DNA of 64,000 nt from an uncultured bacterium (lineage in GTDB: Bacteria > Margulisbacteria > WOR-1 > CAVSGV01), in NCBI GenBank assembly GCA_963768305.1, contig CAVYHE010000006.1:1-64000 (forward strand), written 5' to 3'. Both the position numbers and the translations under genes were made by a program. Positions 33,501 through 45,334 of the stretch are shown piece by piece. Position 1 is the first letter of the stretch, and the number at the start of each line of letters is the position of its first letter. A model generated the notes under the pieces. It worked only from the letters and a program-made list of their open reading frames with translations, was not told the origin of the DNA and did no database searches.

Positions 33501-36500
33501 GGCTCCGGCTCCACATGGACCAACAACAATGATCTTACGGTTGGCAACTCAGGCACGGGCAATTTATTTATTTCAAGTGGCGGTACGGTGAGTAACGCAA
33601 ATGGCTATATCGGCTATAACGCCAGCTCAACCGGCGAAGTCATTGTTGACGGCGCCGGCTCCACATGGGAGAACAGCTCTGATCTTACGGTTGGCGAATC
33701 AGGCACAGGCAGTTTATTCATTTCAAATGGCGGTACGGTGAATAGCTGGTATGGCTTTATCGGCTACTACACCGGTTCAACCGGCACTGTAACTGTTGAC
33801 GGCGCCGGCTCCACATGGACGAACGCCAATACTATTTATGTTGGCGACGAAGGCACAGGCAGTTTAACCATTTCCGAGGGCGGGGTGGTGACTAACATCA
33901 ATGGCTATATCGGCAACGCCGCCGGCTCAACCGGCACTGTAAGTGTTGATGGTCCCGCCTCCACATGGACGAACAATGATACTCTTACGATTGGCAATTC
34001 AGGCACAGGCAGTTTAACCATTTCAAATGGCGGTGCGGTGAGTAACACCTATGGCTATATCGGCACTGACGCCGGCTCAACCGGTACTGTAACTGTTGAT
34101 GGCCCCGGCTCCACATGGACTAACGGCTATGATCTTTTCATTGGTATCTCAGGCACAGGTGCTTTAACCATTTCAGATGGCGGTATGGTGAGCGTAGGGA
34201 GCGGTTCCGGAACGATCACGCTGGCAGAAGACGCCGGCTCGATCGGAACGCTCAATATCGGTTCGGGCGGCGCCGCTGGATCCGTCGAAGCCGCGGGTAT
34301 TACAGGAGGCTCAGGCGCCGCTATTCTTAACTTTGACCATAATGAGTCGGCGTATGTATTCGCGCCTGACATTGCCGGCTCACTCGGTGTTACCCAGACC
34401 GGCAGCGGCACGACCATCTTAACAGGCACCAACATATATACAGGAGTTACAACGATCGATGCTGGAACACTCGAGGTTGGTGATGGTGGTACAGCAGGCA
34501 GCCTTGGTACAGGTGATGTAACGGATAACTCGTCGCTGGTATTCAACCACAGTGATGATCTGACAGTGTCAAATGGGATCTCAGGTACAGGAACACTTAC
34601 CCAGAACGGTTCAGATACTCTTGTCCTTACAGGCACAAACATATATACAGGAGCCACGATTGTCAACACAGGCACGCTTGAAGCGGGCGTGGTCGACGCG
34701 TTTGGCAGCAACTCGGCCGTGATAATGGCGGATGACGCGACTGCTATATTGGACCTTAATGATTTCGATACGCATATCGGTTCTCTCACAGGCGGCGGGA
34801 CAACGGGTGGGAATGTAATGCTTGGTGCCGCGACCCTGACGGTTGGCGGTGATGATACAAGCCCGGCAGCCTATGCTGGAGAGATCTCCGGCACCGGTGC
34901 GCTGACCAAAACTGGCACAGGCACTCTTACTCTTACCGGTACCAACACATATACAGGTGTTACTACGATCAATGCGGGGACGCTCCAGATTGGTGACGGG
35001 GGAACATCAGGCAGCCTGGGTACAGGGGATGTAACGGATAACTCATCGCTGGTATTCAACCGCAGTGATGATGTGACGGTATCTAATGTTATCTCGGGCA
35101 CAGGGACACTTACCCAGAACGGCAGCGGGACAACCATCCTTACTGGTACCAACACATATACAGGAGTTACTACGATCGATGCGGGGACGCTCGAGGTTGG
35201 TGATGGTGGTACAGCAGGCAGCCTTGGTACAGGGGATGTAACGGATAACTCGTCGCTGGTATTCAACCACAGTGATGATTTGACAGTGTCAAATGGGATC
35301 TCAGGTACAGGAACACTTACCCAGAACGGTTCAGATACTCTTGTCCTTACAGGCACAAACATATATACAGGAGCCACGATTGTCAACACAGGCACGCTTG
35401 AAGCGGGCGTGGTCGACGCGTTTGGCAGCAACTCGGCCGTGATAATGGCGGATGACGCGACTGCTATATTGGACCTTAATGATTTCGATACGCATATCGG
35501 TTCTCTCACCGGCGGCGGGACAACGGGTGGGAATGTAATGCTTGGCGCTGGGATCCTGACAGTCGGCGGTGATAATACAAGTCCGGCAGCCTACGCTGGT
35601 GAGATCTCCGGCACAGGGGCCCTGATTAAAACTGGCACAGGCACTCTTACTCTTACTGGTACCAACACATATACTGGAGTTACTACGATCGATGCGGGGA
35701 CTCTCCAGGTTGGAGATGGAGGGACAGCAGGGAGTCTAGGTACAGGGGATGTAACGGATAACTCATCGCTGGTATTCAACCGCAGTGATAATGTGACGGT
35801 ATCAAATGCTATCTCAGGTACAGGGGCGCTTACCCAAAACGGTACAGATACTCTTACTCTTACTGGCGCCAACACATATACAGGAGTTACGACGATCGAT
35901 GCCGGTACTCTCCAGGTTGGTGACGGTGGTACTACAGGCAGCCTGGGAACAGGTGATGTTACGGATAACTCCGCGCTGGTGTTCAACCACAGTGATGATT
36001 TGACGGTGTCTAATGCAATCTCAGGAACAGGGACACTTACCCAGAACGGCACAGATACTCTTATTCTTACTGGCACCAACACATATACGGGAGTTACGAC
36101 GATCGATGCCGGAACGCTCGAGGTTGGTGATGGGGGTACAACAGGGAGTCTGGGTACAGGGGATGTAACGGATAACTCGTTACTGGTGTTCAACCACAGT
36201 AATGATTTGACCGTATCAAATGGGATATCAGGTACAGGGACACTGACCCAGAACGGCAGCGGGACAATAATCCTTTCCGGTGCCAGCTCATATACAGGAA
36301 CCACTACCATCAACTCGGGGACATTGGATATACATCAAGATCGATCATTGACAGGAGACCTGACATTAGCAGGGGGCACACTGGAACTGGGAGCTAATAC
36401 CCTGACAGAAACAGGCGTCTATACTCAAGGCGCGGGAACCGTCCTGAAACTTACCACCAACAGCACGACCAATTTTGGCAGGATAGTAAGTTCCAGCGAT

Positions 36501-37788
36501 GCAACTGTTAATGCCGATAGCTCAGTGAATGTGACGGTAGGCAGTTATTTACTGAACGGCGCTGAATTTTCGATCATAGACGGCGCAGGCGGCACAGGCG
36601 TAAATGTCCCGGGGACGATCACTTCAAGCGATCATCGAATAATTTTCTCTGGCTTAAGCTTGGATGGCGACCTTATCTTAATTGCAAAGCGCCTCCAGAC
36701 TAACTTTGCCGGGTTAGCCGATAATTCTAATGCCGCGGCCGTGGGCAAAGTTCTCGATCATATTACAAACCCCTCGAGCGATATGCAAACTGTCTTGTTT
36801 GTGCTCGAGAACCTAAGCGATTCCGATATACCCGCCGCGCTCGATACGTTGACGCCTGTTGTAGACTCGGGAGCTATAGATACGAGCACAATATCGCTCA
36901 ACAGCTTTGTCGGAGCCGCCCTCGATAGGATCGAAAACGGAAGCAAGGCGGACCCGATATGGGGTAAAGTTTACAGCAGTAATCTTACTCAAGGATCACA
37001 AAATGACATAGGGGGATTTAATGCATCCGACTCAGGCATGGTAATTGGCATTGACCGCCCGTTCACCGACACCCTGACCCTTGGCATGAGCGGCGGTTAT
37101 GCGAACGGAAATGTCAACTCAAACGACAATAACGCAAAAACGAATATAGGCAGCACACAGCTCACCTTATACGGAGAATATCAGGACAAAGAACGCCCGT
37201 ATTTTATCGATGCCGCCGGCTCTTTAGCATTGAACTCGTATAACGGCTCACGCCGCATCAGCGTAGGCTCCATATCCAGGAAAGCGGATTCCGAATATCC
37301 GGGTCTCCAGTATGGTGCTTACTTAGGAGGCGGGTACAAATTTCGATCTTGGGAACAAATTAGAGGTTACGCCGCTCTTATCGCTTCAGTACAGCCATCT
37401 TTCTCTCGCAGACTATACTGAAACCGGAGCCGGGTCCATGAACTTGGATGTTTCAAGTCAGGACTATGATATGCTGCAGGCGGGCGTGGGCGCAAGGATA
37501 ATCTACCCTGCCGAATTGCAGTGGTGCAACCTCACTCTCACAGGCCACGCAAAATTGCTCTATGACTTTGTCGGCGACAAAGTGGTGGTCATATCGAAAT
37601 TTACCGGCGGGGGCGGATCGTTCACCTCAGAGGGGGCCGATCTGATACGATGCAGCTTGAATGCCGGCGGCGAGCTTGTCTTCGACTTTAGGAACCATTT
37701 CTCTGTTATCGGAGATTGTAATTTGGAAACGGAAGATAATTTCCTCGGTATCAGCAGTTCGCTAACGGCGAGGTATGAATTTGAATAA
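24551..37788 (+). CDS. Giant autotransporter adhesin (~4,400 aa) with T5SS/PEP-CTERM-associated repeats, PATR repeats and C-terminal beta-barrel; two apparent frameshifts
   Basis: Signal peptide ending AGA-DTF, NTDDSGAGSLRQAI motif, about 55 x 48-51 aa repeats, GTGTLTLTGTNTYTG PATR repeats and a barrel ending ARYEFE. Removing one A near 26546 and one T near 37342 joins the three ORFs. Confidence 0.88.
25100..34200 (+). repeat. Coding tandem repeats of ~150 bp (16 units, spacer module, ~40 units)
   Basis: Recurrent GGCTCAACCGG...GTTGACGG...TCCACATGG...AACAG...GATCTT...GTTGGC at 144-153 bp period. Confidence 0.9.
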
Positions 37789-37839
37789 TATAATATTTTG
37801 AATTTGAAGCTCAAATTCCGGACGGTCAGTTGATATTGT

Positions 37840-38448
37840 TCATTCCAGATGCTTCATCGACATCTCGAGCGGGCGCTTTTTGGGGCTTGTTGACCTTCTT
37901 TCAGAATATCCCAGAGCTATAACGGCCATGAATTCGCCTTTCGGCTCTTCCAGGAATTCGAGCACTTCGTCCTTTATCATCACCATTATACCCAGCCAGA
38001 CCGAGGCGATGCCGAGCGACGTTGCGGCAAGCAGAAGATTTTCCACGGCCGCGGAAGAGCTTTGAATTTCCATCGTTCTGAAGAGATCGAATGAAAGTTG
38101 ACTGTCGATCTGAAATAGCTCTGTCCCGTGCTTGATAAGCTCGCCGGAATTCGCCACGGCTACCACCACCGGCGCGCTCAGAATGCTCCTTGCCGCCATT
38201 CGCAGCAGCGTCGCCGATGCCTTCGGGAACTGTGACGCCCTGTTGGATATCAACTGGGCAAGCTCCTTTTTCTTCGTGCCTTTTATCACTATGAACCGCC
38301 ATGACTGCTGGTTGTGGGCTGACGGCGCCTGGTTGGCCGCGTCCAGAATGGTCTTGAGGTCCTCGTCGGACACCGGCGTTTCCGTGAACGTTCTGGTGCT
38401 GCGCCTTTCACGGATCGTTCTTAAGGCCGCGTTGTCAAAATTTTTCAT
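37840..38448 (-). CDS. Nitroreductase family protein
   Basis: RRSTRTF, APSAHNQQSWRF, ENLLLAATSLGIASVW. Confidence 0.9.
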   Translation of the reverse strand: MKNFDNAALRTIRERRSTRTFTETPVSDEDLKTILDAANQAPSAHNQQSWRFIVIKGTKKKELAQLISNRASQFPKASATLLRMAARSILSAPVVVAVANSGELIKHGTELFQIDSQLSFDLFRTMEIQSSSAAVENLLLAATSLGIASVWLGIMVMIKDEVLEFLEEPKGEFMAVIALGYSERRSTSPKKRPLEMSMKHLE

Positions 38449-38552
38449 TTTAAAAATTATACAAGCTTTGCGGCGCAGGTCAATAGTTGACCATGATCAA
38501 GATAACGCTTTAAATTGTTACTCAGGAGTGCTAAAATTCACGCCTAAAAAAA

Positions 38553-39380
38553 ATGACACCGCGCCAAGAATTCATCGATCGGGTTTATTCCGTTAAAAAA
38601 CGGTTCCTGGGCATGTACCAGGCCGCCCATGCGGGGCATATTGCCTGTTCGCTCTCCTGCGCCGAGATATTGGTGTTTTTAAGGTTTTTCTGGATGCATG
38701 AAAAGGACCGCCTTATCCTGTCCAAGGGGCACGCGGCGGCGGCCATGTATTCGGTCTTAGCCGAATACGGCATCCTGTCAGAAGAGGACATAAAGACCTT
38801 TTATCAGAACGGCACCTATCTGGGAGCGCATCCGCCCGCCAATAAGATAAAAGGCATTCCTTTTGCCACCGGCAGTCTGGGCCACGGCCTTTCCATCATT
38901 GCCGGAATGTCCCTGGCGGCAAAGTTAAAGAATGAAAAACACCTGTGTTTTTGCGTGACATCGGACGGCGAATTGGATGAAGGAAGCATCTGGGAAGCGG
39001 CATTGTTCATCTCCCATCATAAACTGAACAATCTGGTCTGGTTGATAGACCGAAATAATATACAGGGCCTTGGCAGGACTGAAAGCGTGCTGGCGCTGGA
39101 GCCGTTGCCCGCAAAACTAAAAGCTTTTGGGCTTTTTGTGGCCGAAGCGGATGGCCATGATTACGGATCACTTGACGCGGCTAAAAATGAATGCCAGCAT
39201 GACCCGGCGGCAGTTTCATTGCCCAAGGTGATCATCTGTAAAACCGCCAAAGGACACGGCGTAAGCTTTATGGAAAATACGGTTGACTGGCATTACCTGC
39301 CGATGGATAACGAAAATTATAAAAAAGCGCTCGAAGAGCTGGAGATCGGCTATCATAAGTCAAAAGAGGAGCATCGATGA
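38553..39380 (+). CDS. Transketolase-like protein, N-terminal TPP-binding subunit
   Basis: GHIACSLS, LSKGHAA, TGSLGHGL, SDGELDEGSIWEA...N. Confidence 0.9.
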   Translation: MTPRQEFIDRVYSVKKRFLGMYQAAHAGHIACSLSCAEILVFLRFFWMHEKDRLILSKGHAAAAMYSVLAEYGILSEEDIKTFYQNGTYLGAHPPANKIKGIPFATGSLGHGLSIIAGMSLAAKLKNEKHLCFCVTSDGELDEGSIWEAALFISHHKLNNLVWLIDRNNIQGLGRTESVLALEPLPAKLKAFGLFVAEADGHDYGSLDAAKNECQHDPAAVSLPKVIICKTAKGHGVSFMENTVDWHYLPMDNENYKKALEELEIGYHKSKEEHR

Positions 39381-40285
39381 GAGCTGATTTTGCCCGCGTT
39401 ATGGTTGAGCTGCATGATAAACATCCTAACTTTATAATGTTAACCGCTGACCTTGGATACATGGCACTGGAAAAGGTCAGAGATAAATATCAGGACCGTT
39501 TTATTAACGCAGGGGTAGCCGAACAAAATCTTATCTCGCTTGCCGCGGGCTTGGCTTATGAAGGATTTGTTCCGTGGGTATATAATATTGCCCCCTTTGG
39601 CGTGTTGAGGCCATATGAACAGATCAGGAATGATGTCTGCCTTCATAATCTTCCGGTAAAGATCATTGGCAATGGGGGAGGCTATGGCTACGGTATTATG
39701 GGTCCGACCCACCATACCCTGGAGGACATCGCAGTGATGCGGGTGTTGCCCAATATGAAAGTTTACGTGCCGCTTACTGCTTCGGACGTGGAAGAAGCCG
39801 TAAAAATGATGGCCCGGGATGCCTCGCCTAATTATTTAAGGTTGAACATGGCTTCCAAGCTTGGCATGCCCATTGAAAGTTTCAAGCCATGGAGAAAATT
39901 AAAGAACGGGCATAAAGCGATCGCCATCGGCACCGGCCCGGTAATCGCAAACCTGCTGGAAATAAGTGATAAGGACCTGCTGGAGGAAATTGAGATATGG
40001 TATGTCAGCCAACTCCCAATAAGCGAACTCCCTGAAGAATTAATTACCAGCATTAAAGAAAAAAGGAAAGTCATTACCATGGAAGAGCATTACGGGCAGT
40101 GCGGCCTTAAAGAGACCATTGCCGATCTTATCTTAAGAAAAGCTGATCGCCAGATAAGCTATAAGAGCATTTATGCCCTCGGTTATCCTGCGGGGGAATC
40201 GGGCAGCCAAAAATGGTACCAGGAACAGTCCGGCCTGGCGGGCGAAGGGCTGATAAAAAACCTAAAGGAGCTGGTTCATGATTAA
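39377..40285 (+). CDS. Transketolase-like protein, C-terminal subunit
   Basis: LTADLG, AGVAEQN, YEQIRND, GPTHH, TMEEH. Confidence 0.9.
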   Translation: MRADFARVMVELHDKHPNFIMLTADLGYMALEKVRDKYQDRFINAGVAEQNLISLAAGLAYEGFVPWVYNIAPFGVLRPYEQIRNDVCLHNLPVKIIGNGGGYGYGIMGPTHHTLEDIAVMRVLPNMKVYVPLTASDVEEAVKMMARDASPNYLRLNMASKLGMPIESFKPWRKLKNGHKAIAIGTGPVIANLLEISDKDLLEEIEIWYVSQLPISELPEELITSIKEKRKVITMEEHYGQCGLKETIADLILRKADRQISYKSIYALGYPAGESGSQKWYQEQSGLAGEGLIKNLKELVHD

Positions 40286-42255
40286 AGAAGAAATAAATAA
40301 ACTGGAAGGGCCGATTGCGGTTTTTGGGGCGGGTGGATTTATCGGCGCTAACCTGCTCAGGACCATTCTTGAGGTCAGGGATGATTGTTTTGGGATTACC
40401 CACCAGAAATTCATTCCCTGGCGTCTTTCGGGGATCTCCGCAAAAAATATCATCTATGCCGACCTGAAACTTCCTTCAACCGTATCCGGGATCTTTGACA
40501 AGTTTAATTTTAAAACTATCTTTAATTTTGCGGCTTACGGCGGCTACTCCAAACAGGACGACACGGACTTGATTTATAAGATCAACTTGCTCGGAGCAGT
40601 GGATCTTTTGGAAATAGCGGCGCGCCAAGGCTTTTCCGCCTATGTGCATGCGGGATCATCTTCTGAGTATGGGTTCAATGCCAGCGCACCCAAAGAAAGC
40701 GCCGAGCTAATGCCGAACAGCCATTATTCTGTTTCAAAGATCGCCACCGCTTCGCTTATGCGTTATCTTGGCCGCACAAAGGAACTGCCTGTCATTAATC
40801 TGCGCATTTATTCGGCTTATGGGCCTTACGAAGAGCCTGACCGGCTGATCCCGGTGATCCTTAAATGCGGGATGGAGGGCAAATATCCTTCGCTGGTAGA
40901 TCCCGATATATCACGTGATTTTATTTATGTTCAGGATGTGGTTGAAGCTGCTGTATTGGCTGCGACGCTCGGCGTTAAAAAATTACCAGGCGGCTCCTTA
41001 AATATCGCCACCGGTAAAAAAACCACCATTAGAGAAGTTGCCCGGTTAATCAAGGAGATATTCAATCTTAAAGTTGAACCTAAATGGGGTACGATGCCCA
41101 ACAGGAGCTGGGATATCAGGGATTGGTACGGAGACCCTGCTTATGCCAAAGAGATATTGGGTTGGCAGGCAAAAACTTCTTTAAAAGACGGCTTGATCAA
41201 AACCATTGATTGGGTAAAGAGCCAAAAGGCCGCTCCGGATCTTATGGCCGCCGCTCCATTGGCCGTTCCTAAAAAAATATCGGCCGTCATTGCCTGCTAC
41301 CGGGATGCCAAGGCTATTCCCATCATGCACGATCGACTAACCAAAGTATTCGCTCAAATGAAGGTGGATTATGAGATCATTTTTGTCAATGACGCAAGCC
41401 CGGATAACACAGATGATGTGCTAAAGGAGATCACTGCTCAAGATGATCACGTTATTACCATTGAACACACAAGAAATTTTGGTTCTCAGAGCGCCTTCCT
41501 GAGCGGCATGCAGGTCTCTACCGGTGACGGGGTCGTACTCCTCGATGGCGACCTGCAGGATCCGCCCGAAATGATCCCTGAATTTTACAAAAAGTGGCTG
41601 GAGGGCTATGAGGTTATCTACGGCCGAAGAGTAAAGCGCGAGGTTTCCCGGATCTTAAATGTCTGTTACAGGGCTTTTTACCGGATCTTCAGGGGAATGT
41701 CATACGTGCCCATGCCTCTGGACGCCGGTGATTTCTCGTTAATGGACAGAAAAGTGGTCAACGAGCTTCTGGCCCTGCCGGAGACCGATCAATTCTTGCG
41801 AGGACTAAGGGCATGGGTAGGGTTCAAACAAGTTGGAGTTGACTATATGAGACCCGAGCGGATGTTCGGCGTGACCACAAATAACTGGCAGAAAAATATC
41901 TGGTGGGCTAAAAAGGCCATCTTTTCCTTCAGTTTTGTCCCTCTGGAGTTGCTTAGTTATTTGGGTTTGCTGCTGACCGTAATTTCATTCCTGGCACTCA
42001 TCGGGCAGATCATCGCGAGGATCTTCATGCCCAATATTCCTCAGGGCATTACCACCATTATCGTCCTTATTCTATTCTTTGGGGCCATACAATTACTGGC
42101 CATTTCCATTATCGGCGAATACCTTTATAAAAATTTTCGAAGAAACCAAGAAAAGGCCAAAATTTATCCGCAAGTCAATTCGCCAGGGCAATACTTACCT
42201 TACAGCCGGGGAGGAAATAAACAACTTTTTAGATCAAAGAAAAAACCGCGTTTAA
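40278..42255 (+). CDS. NDP-sugar epimerase/reductase fused to GtrB-like GT2 polyprenol-phosphate glycosyltransferase
   Basis: GAGGFIG, SSSEYG and YSVSK, then FVNDASPD, RNFG, DGDLQDPPE and two TMs. Correcting one frameshift near 42130 gives IFEETKKRPKFI...RV-stop at 42255. Confidence 0.8.
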
Positions 42256-42257
42256 TT

Positions 42258-43162
42258 ATGGCATACCAAATCAAACACTGCATTTTTTGCGGCAATAATG
42301 AAAAGCTCAAAGAGCTCTATCCCCGTAATTTTACCGATAAAGATCTAAACCCGGCCGTATTTTCGGCGCGCAGGGATACCGATCGTTTTCATTATAAGAT
42401 CGTGCGCTGTCAGAACTGCGGCTTGATATTTTCGAGGGAAGTTCTGCCGGAAGAAGAACTTTCACGGTTATATTCGCAAAGCGCAGTAACTTTTGATGAA
42501 TATACCGCCATCATCCGCAGGGATTATTTGCGCCCCCTCAAGCCGTTTTTAGATCTGGTCAATAAAGGCTCGGCCCTCGAGATCGGCTGCAGCAGCGGAT
42601 TTTTCCTCGAAGAGCTGTTAATGCAGGGATTTAAGGAAGTTCACGGCTGTGATCCCAGTCTGGAGGCCAAAAAAGGCAGACCCTGAGATCAAGGGGAAAT
42701 ATATCTTCCGGATTTTTCAAAAAAGGAGCCTACAAAGATAACAGTTTTGACCTTGTTTGCTCATTTCAAACTTTGGACCATCTGGACGATCCGGCTGGAA
42801 CCGTAAGGACCTGTTATGAAATTTTAAAGCCGGACGGGCTCATATATTTTATCACCCATGATGCCAGACAGCCTTCAGGCGAAAATATTGCGGGATAGAT
42901 CGCCGATAATAGACGTGGAACACATTTATTTATTCAATAAAATAACTTTAAGCCGTTTATTTACGGAGGCGAATTTTGCTGTTCTTAATGTTGGGGACAT
43001 TAAGAACAGTTACCCTATCAATTACTGGCTAAGGCTGGCGCTTAAGAACGGCCGATCCGGTAATATTTTAAAATATGCCGTCGAAAGAACCGGCCTGGGC
43101 TAGCTTCTATCCCTATCGCCGCGGGAAATATTTTTGTGGTGGCGAGATGCAGAAAGAATTAA
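42258..43162 (+). CDS. Class I SAM methyltransferase with N-terminal Zn ribbon (frameshifted)
   Basis: CIFC...CQNC, LEIGCSSGFFL, TLDHLDDP, HIYLFNK..L and C-terminal GNIFVVAR spread over several frames. Confidence 0.75.
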
Positions 43163-43164
43163 TA

Positions 43165-45233
43165 ATGACTGCCCGGGCTAAAATATACAATTTCTTAAAT
43201 AGATATTTACATAAAATAAACCTTGAGAATATTATTATCGGTATTTGTTTTTTGATTTTAGCGGTAAAGTTTTACTCGGTCGCAGGCAGATTTTTAGACA
43301 CGGACGAAGAATATTATTTTTACATTACCTCGGCAATAAGTAAAGGGGTGAATATATATGCGGAGCTGAATTTCTCTATTCGCCCATCCCATGGTATCTC
43401 TGTTCCGTGTTTTTCAGGCTTTTCCATAATCTGTATCAATCACTCCTAACGATAAGATTGCTTATAATCTCCCTTTCCCTGCTGAGCTTTTTTCTGATCT
43501 TTGATATGCTGAAAAGACTAAGGGCCTCTTGGTTTGTGATCCCGGTCACATTCTTTATACTTTACTCTATGCAATTCAGCCTTAAATTAATGGAATATCG
43601 ATCGGACAACGTACTGTTCTTTGTGCTTATTTTACAGGGGTATCTGATGTTTTTAATGTCACAATATACGGCTTTCTCCCCTTTAAAAATCGCCGCTGTT
43701 ATTTTCTTGGCTTTTCTCAGTTTTCATATCAACCAAAAAGCGATCATCATAGAACTGCCTTTGTTGTTCGCATTTTGCGTTTGCTTCTTTAATGATTTAA
43801 GCGTTTCGTTCTGATCTATAAAAAAGCCCTGCTCTTTTTTGGCGCAATTATAATTGTTTGCCTGATCTTTTCCAGGAACTACCATCAATTCTTCTGTCAA
43901 TCATATATTTACGGCCCTATTATGTTAAATCAATTTTCGAAGATATCCCCTTCGGCTTCCTTTGTCAATAATCTTAATCTTTTGATCCCATTTATTAAGG
44001 ATAACTTGGCGTTTTAAATTCATCGGCTTGATCTCATCAATAGTTCTTTTACTTGCTCTAAAAACAATAAAAATTACCTGGTGCCGCTCATGTTCTTGGC
44101 AGGGGCTGTGGTTTTAGTTTTAATAGCGCCTTTCCCTTTCATACACTATCAAGCTTATTGCGTTTGGGCCGTCTTGTTCTCACTCCTTTACCTGATCAGC
44201 ATCTGCATTAATTCCTGGCCCCATCGTAAAATATTGCTTTTCGTTATTTTCTTTCTGTTAGCTGCCAGCGGGGCTCTTACATTTCAGCGTTATGAATTTC
44301 CTTTTCAAAATCTAAAAGGATACGCCACTGAAATTGACCATATGAGGAATAATCGGGGAAAACAAACTTGCTTCTTTTGGTGGATCGTCCATTAACATCG
44401 AAAGTGACTTTCCGCTCTGGAGCGGGGAGCTTCAATTTGTGTATGGCACTAAAGCCCTTCAAACCAACACTGCAAGAACTACTTTAAAGGATAAAGCGAC
44501 TAAATTTGTTTTTATTGATCCGCGCAAAATATCGAAAAGACCCTTTATGGCGAAGACGGCTATTTTATAAAAGCTAATTATCAAAAATGTCATGGCTTGC
44601 CTCTCATGATCGCTTCTAAATGGGCTTATCTTGGCCCTGGACAACGGACAATCAACATTGAAATTGCCGGCAAGTTCAAGGTTATGCCATTTTCAAATAT
44701 ATCCAATTCGATCACTCTGGATAACTATAAGCTAAAAAGCTTTCAGACCTTGTACCTGAAACAAGGGCCGCATTCTATTAAATCTGCCCTGCCAGCAGCT
44801 TTATTAATTGAGTTTGATTCAGCAAAGATCAACTCCGAAAGTTTTGATAATTTAAATGGTTCAAAATATCAATTTATACAGTACAATCAGGATTTTTCAG
44901 GAAAATTCGAACTTTTAGGGGCAATTAAATACGAAAAATCCGGCAAGGCCTTTTATCGATTCTTTTGGAAAGCACTATCAGATATCAATGATGGACTAAT
45001 GGCATTTCATCATTTTTACGGCAGCGGAGGCAATTATATTAACGGTATAAATGTAGATCCAACGGATGGCTGGTTGACTCAGAGCTTTAAAAAGCGGTGA
45101 AGTAATTTCCTACGAGTTCTCAGTGGTTCTGAATAAAGAATATAAGTCCATGGATATCGGCTGGTATTATGAGCAAGAATGGAGCAGACGGATACCATGC
45201 GGGGCAGGGACTTTTTACAGGATGTATATCTGA
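43165..45233 (+). CDS. Polytopic GT-C-like membrane glycosyltransferase (multiply frameshifted)
   Basis: First TM followed by LDTDEEYY, an EYRSDN motif, many TM fragments and a soluble C-terminal domain. Confidence 0.55.
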
Positions 45234-45267
45234 TCTTCTGATATACTAATGGTTGATAATCTGCTAA

Positions 45268-45334
45268 GGCCCTATCGTCTAGTGGTTAGGACAGCGCCCT
45301 CTCAAGGCGTAAACACGGGTTCGACTCCCGTTAG
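45268..45334 (+). tRNA. tRNA-Glu(CTC), 5' part; acceptor 3' strand displaced by the element
   Basis: GGCCCTATCGTCTAGTGGTTAGGACAGCGCCCTCTCAAGGCGTAAACACGGGTTCGACTCCCGTTAG has D, anticodon (CTC) and T arms. The following TTCTA leaves two C-U mismatches and no CCA. Confidence 0.9.

Noticed and set aside
25100..36300. CRISPR array
   Set aside because: The repeats are in-frame, degenerate protein-coding units without unique spacers, and no cas genes are present.
40278..42686. 802-aa epimerase-GT2-methyltransferase triple fusion
   Set aside because: An extra A near 42130 shifts the frame. Correction restores the typical GT2 end (EETKKRPKFI) with a stop at 42255 and a separate ATG at 42258.
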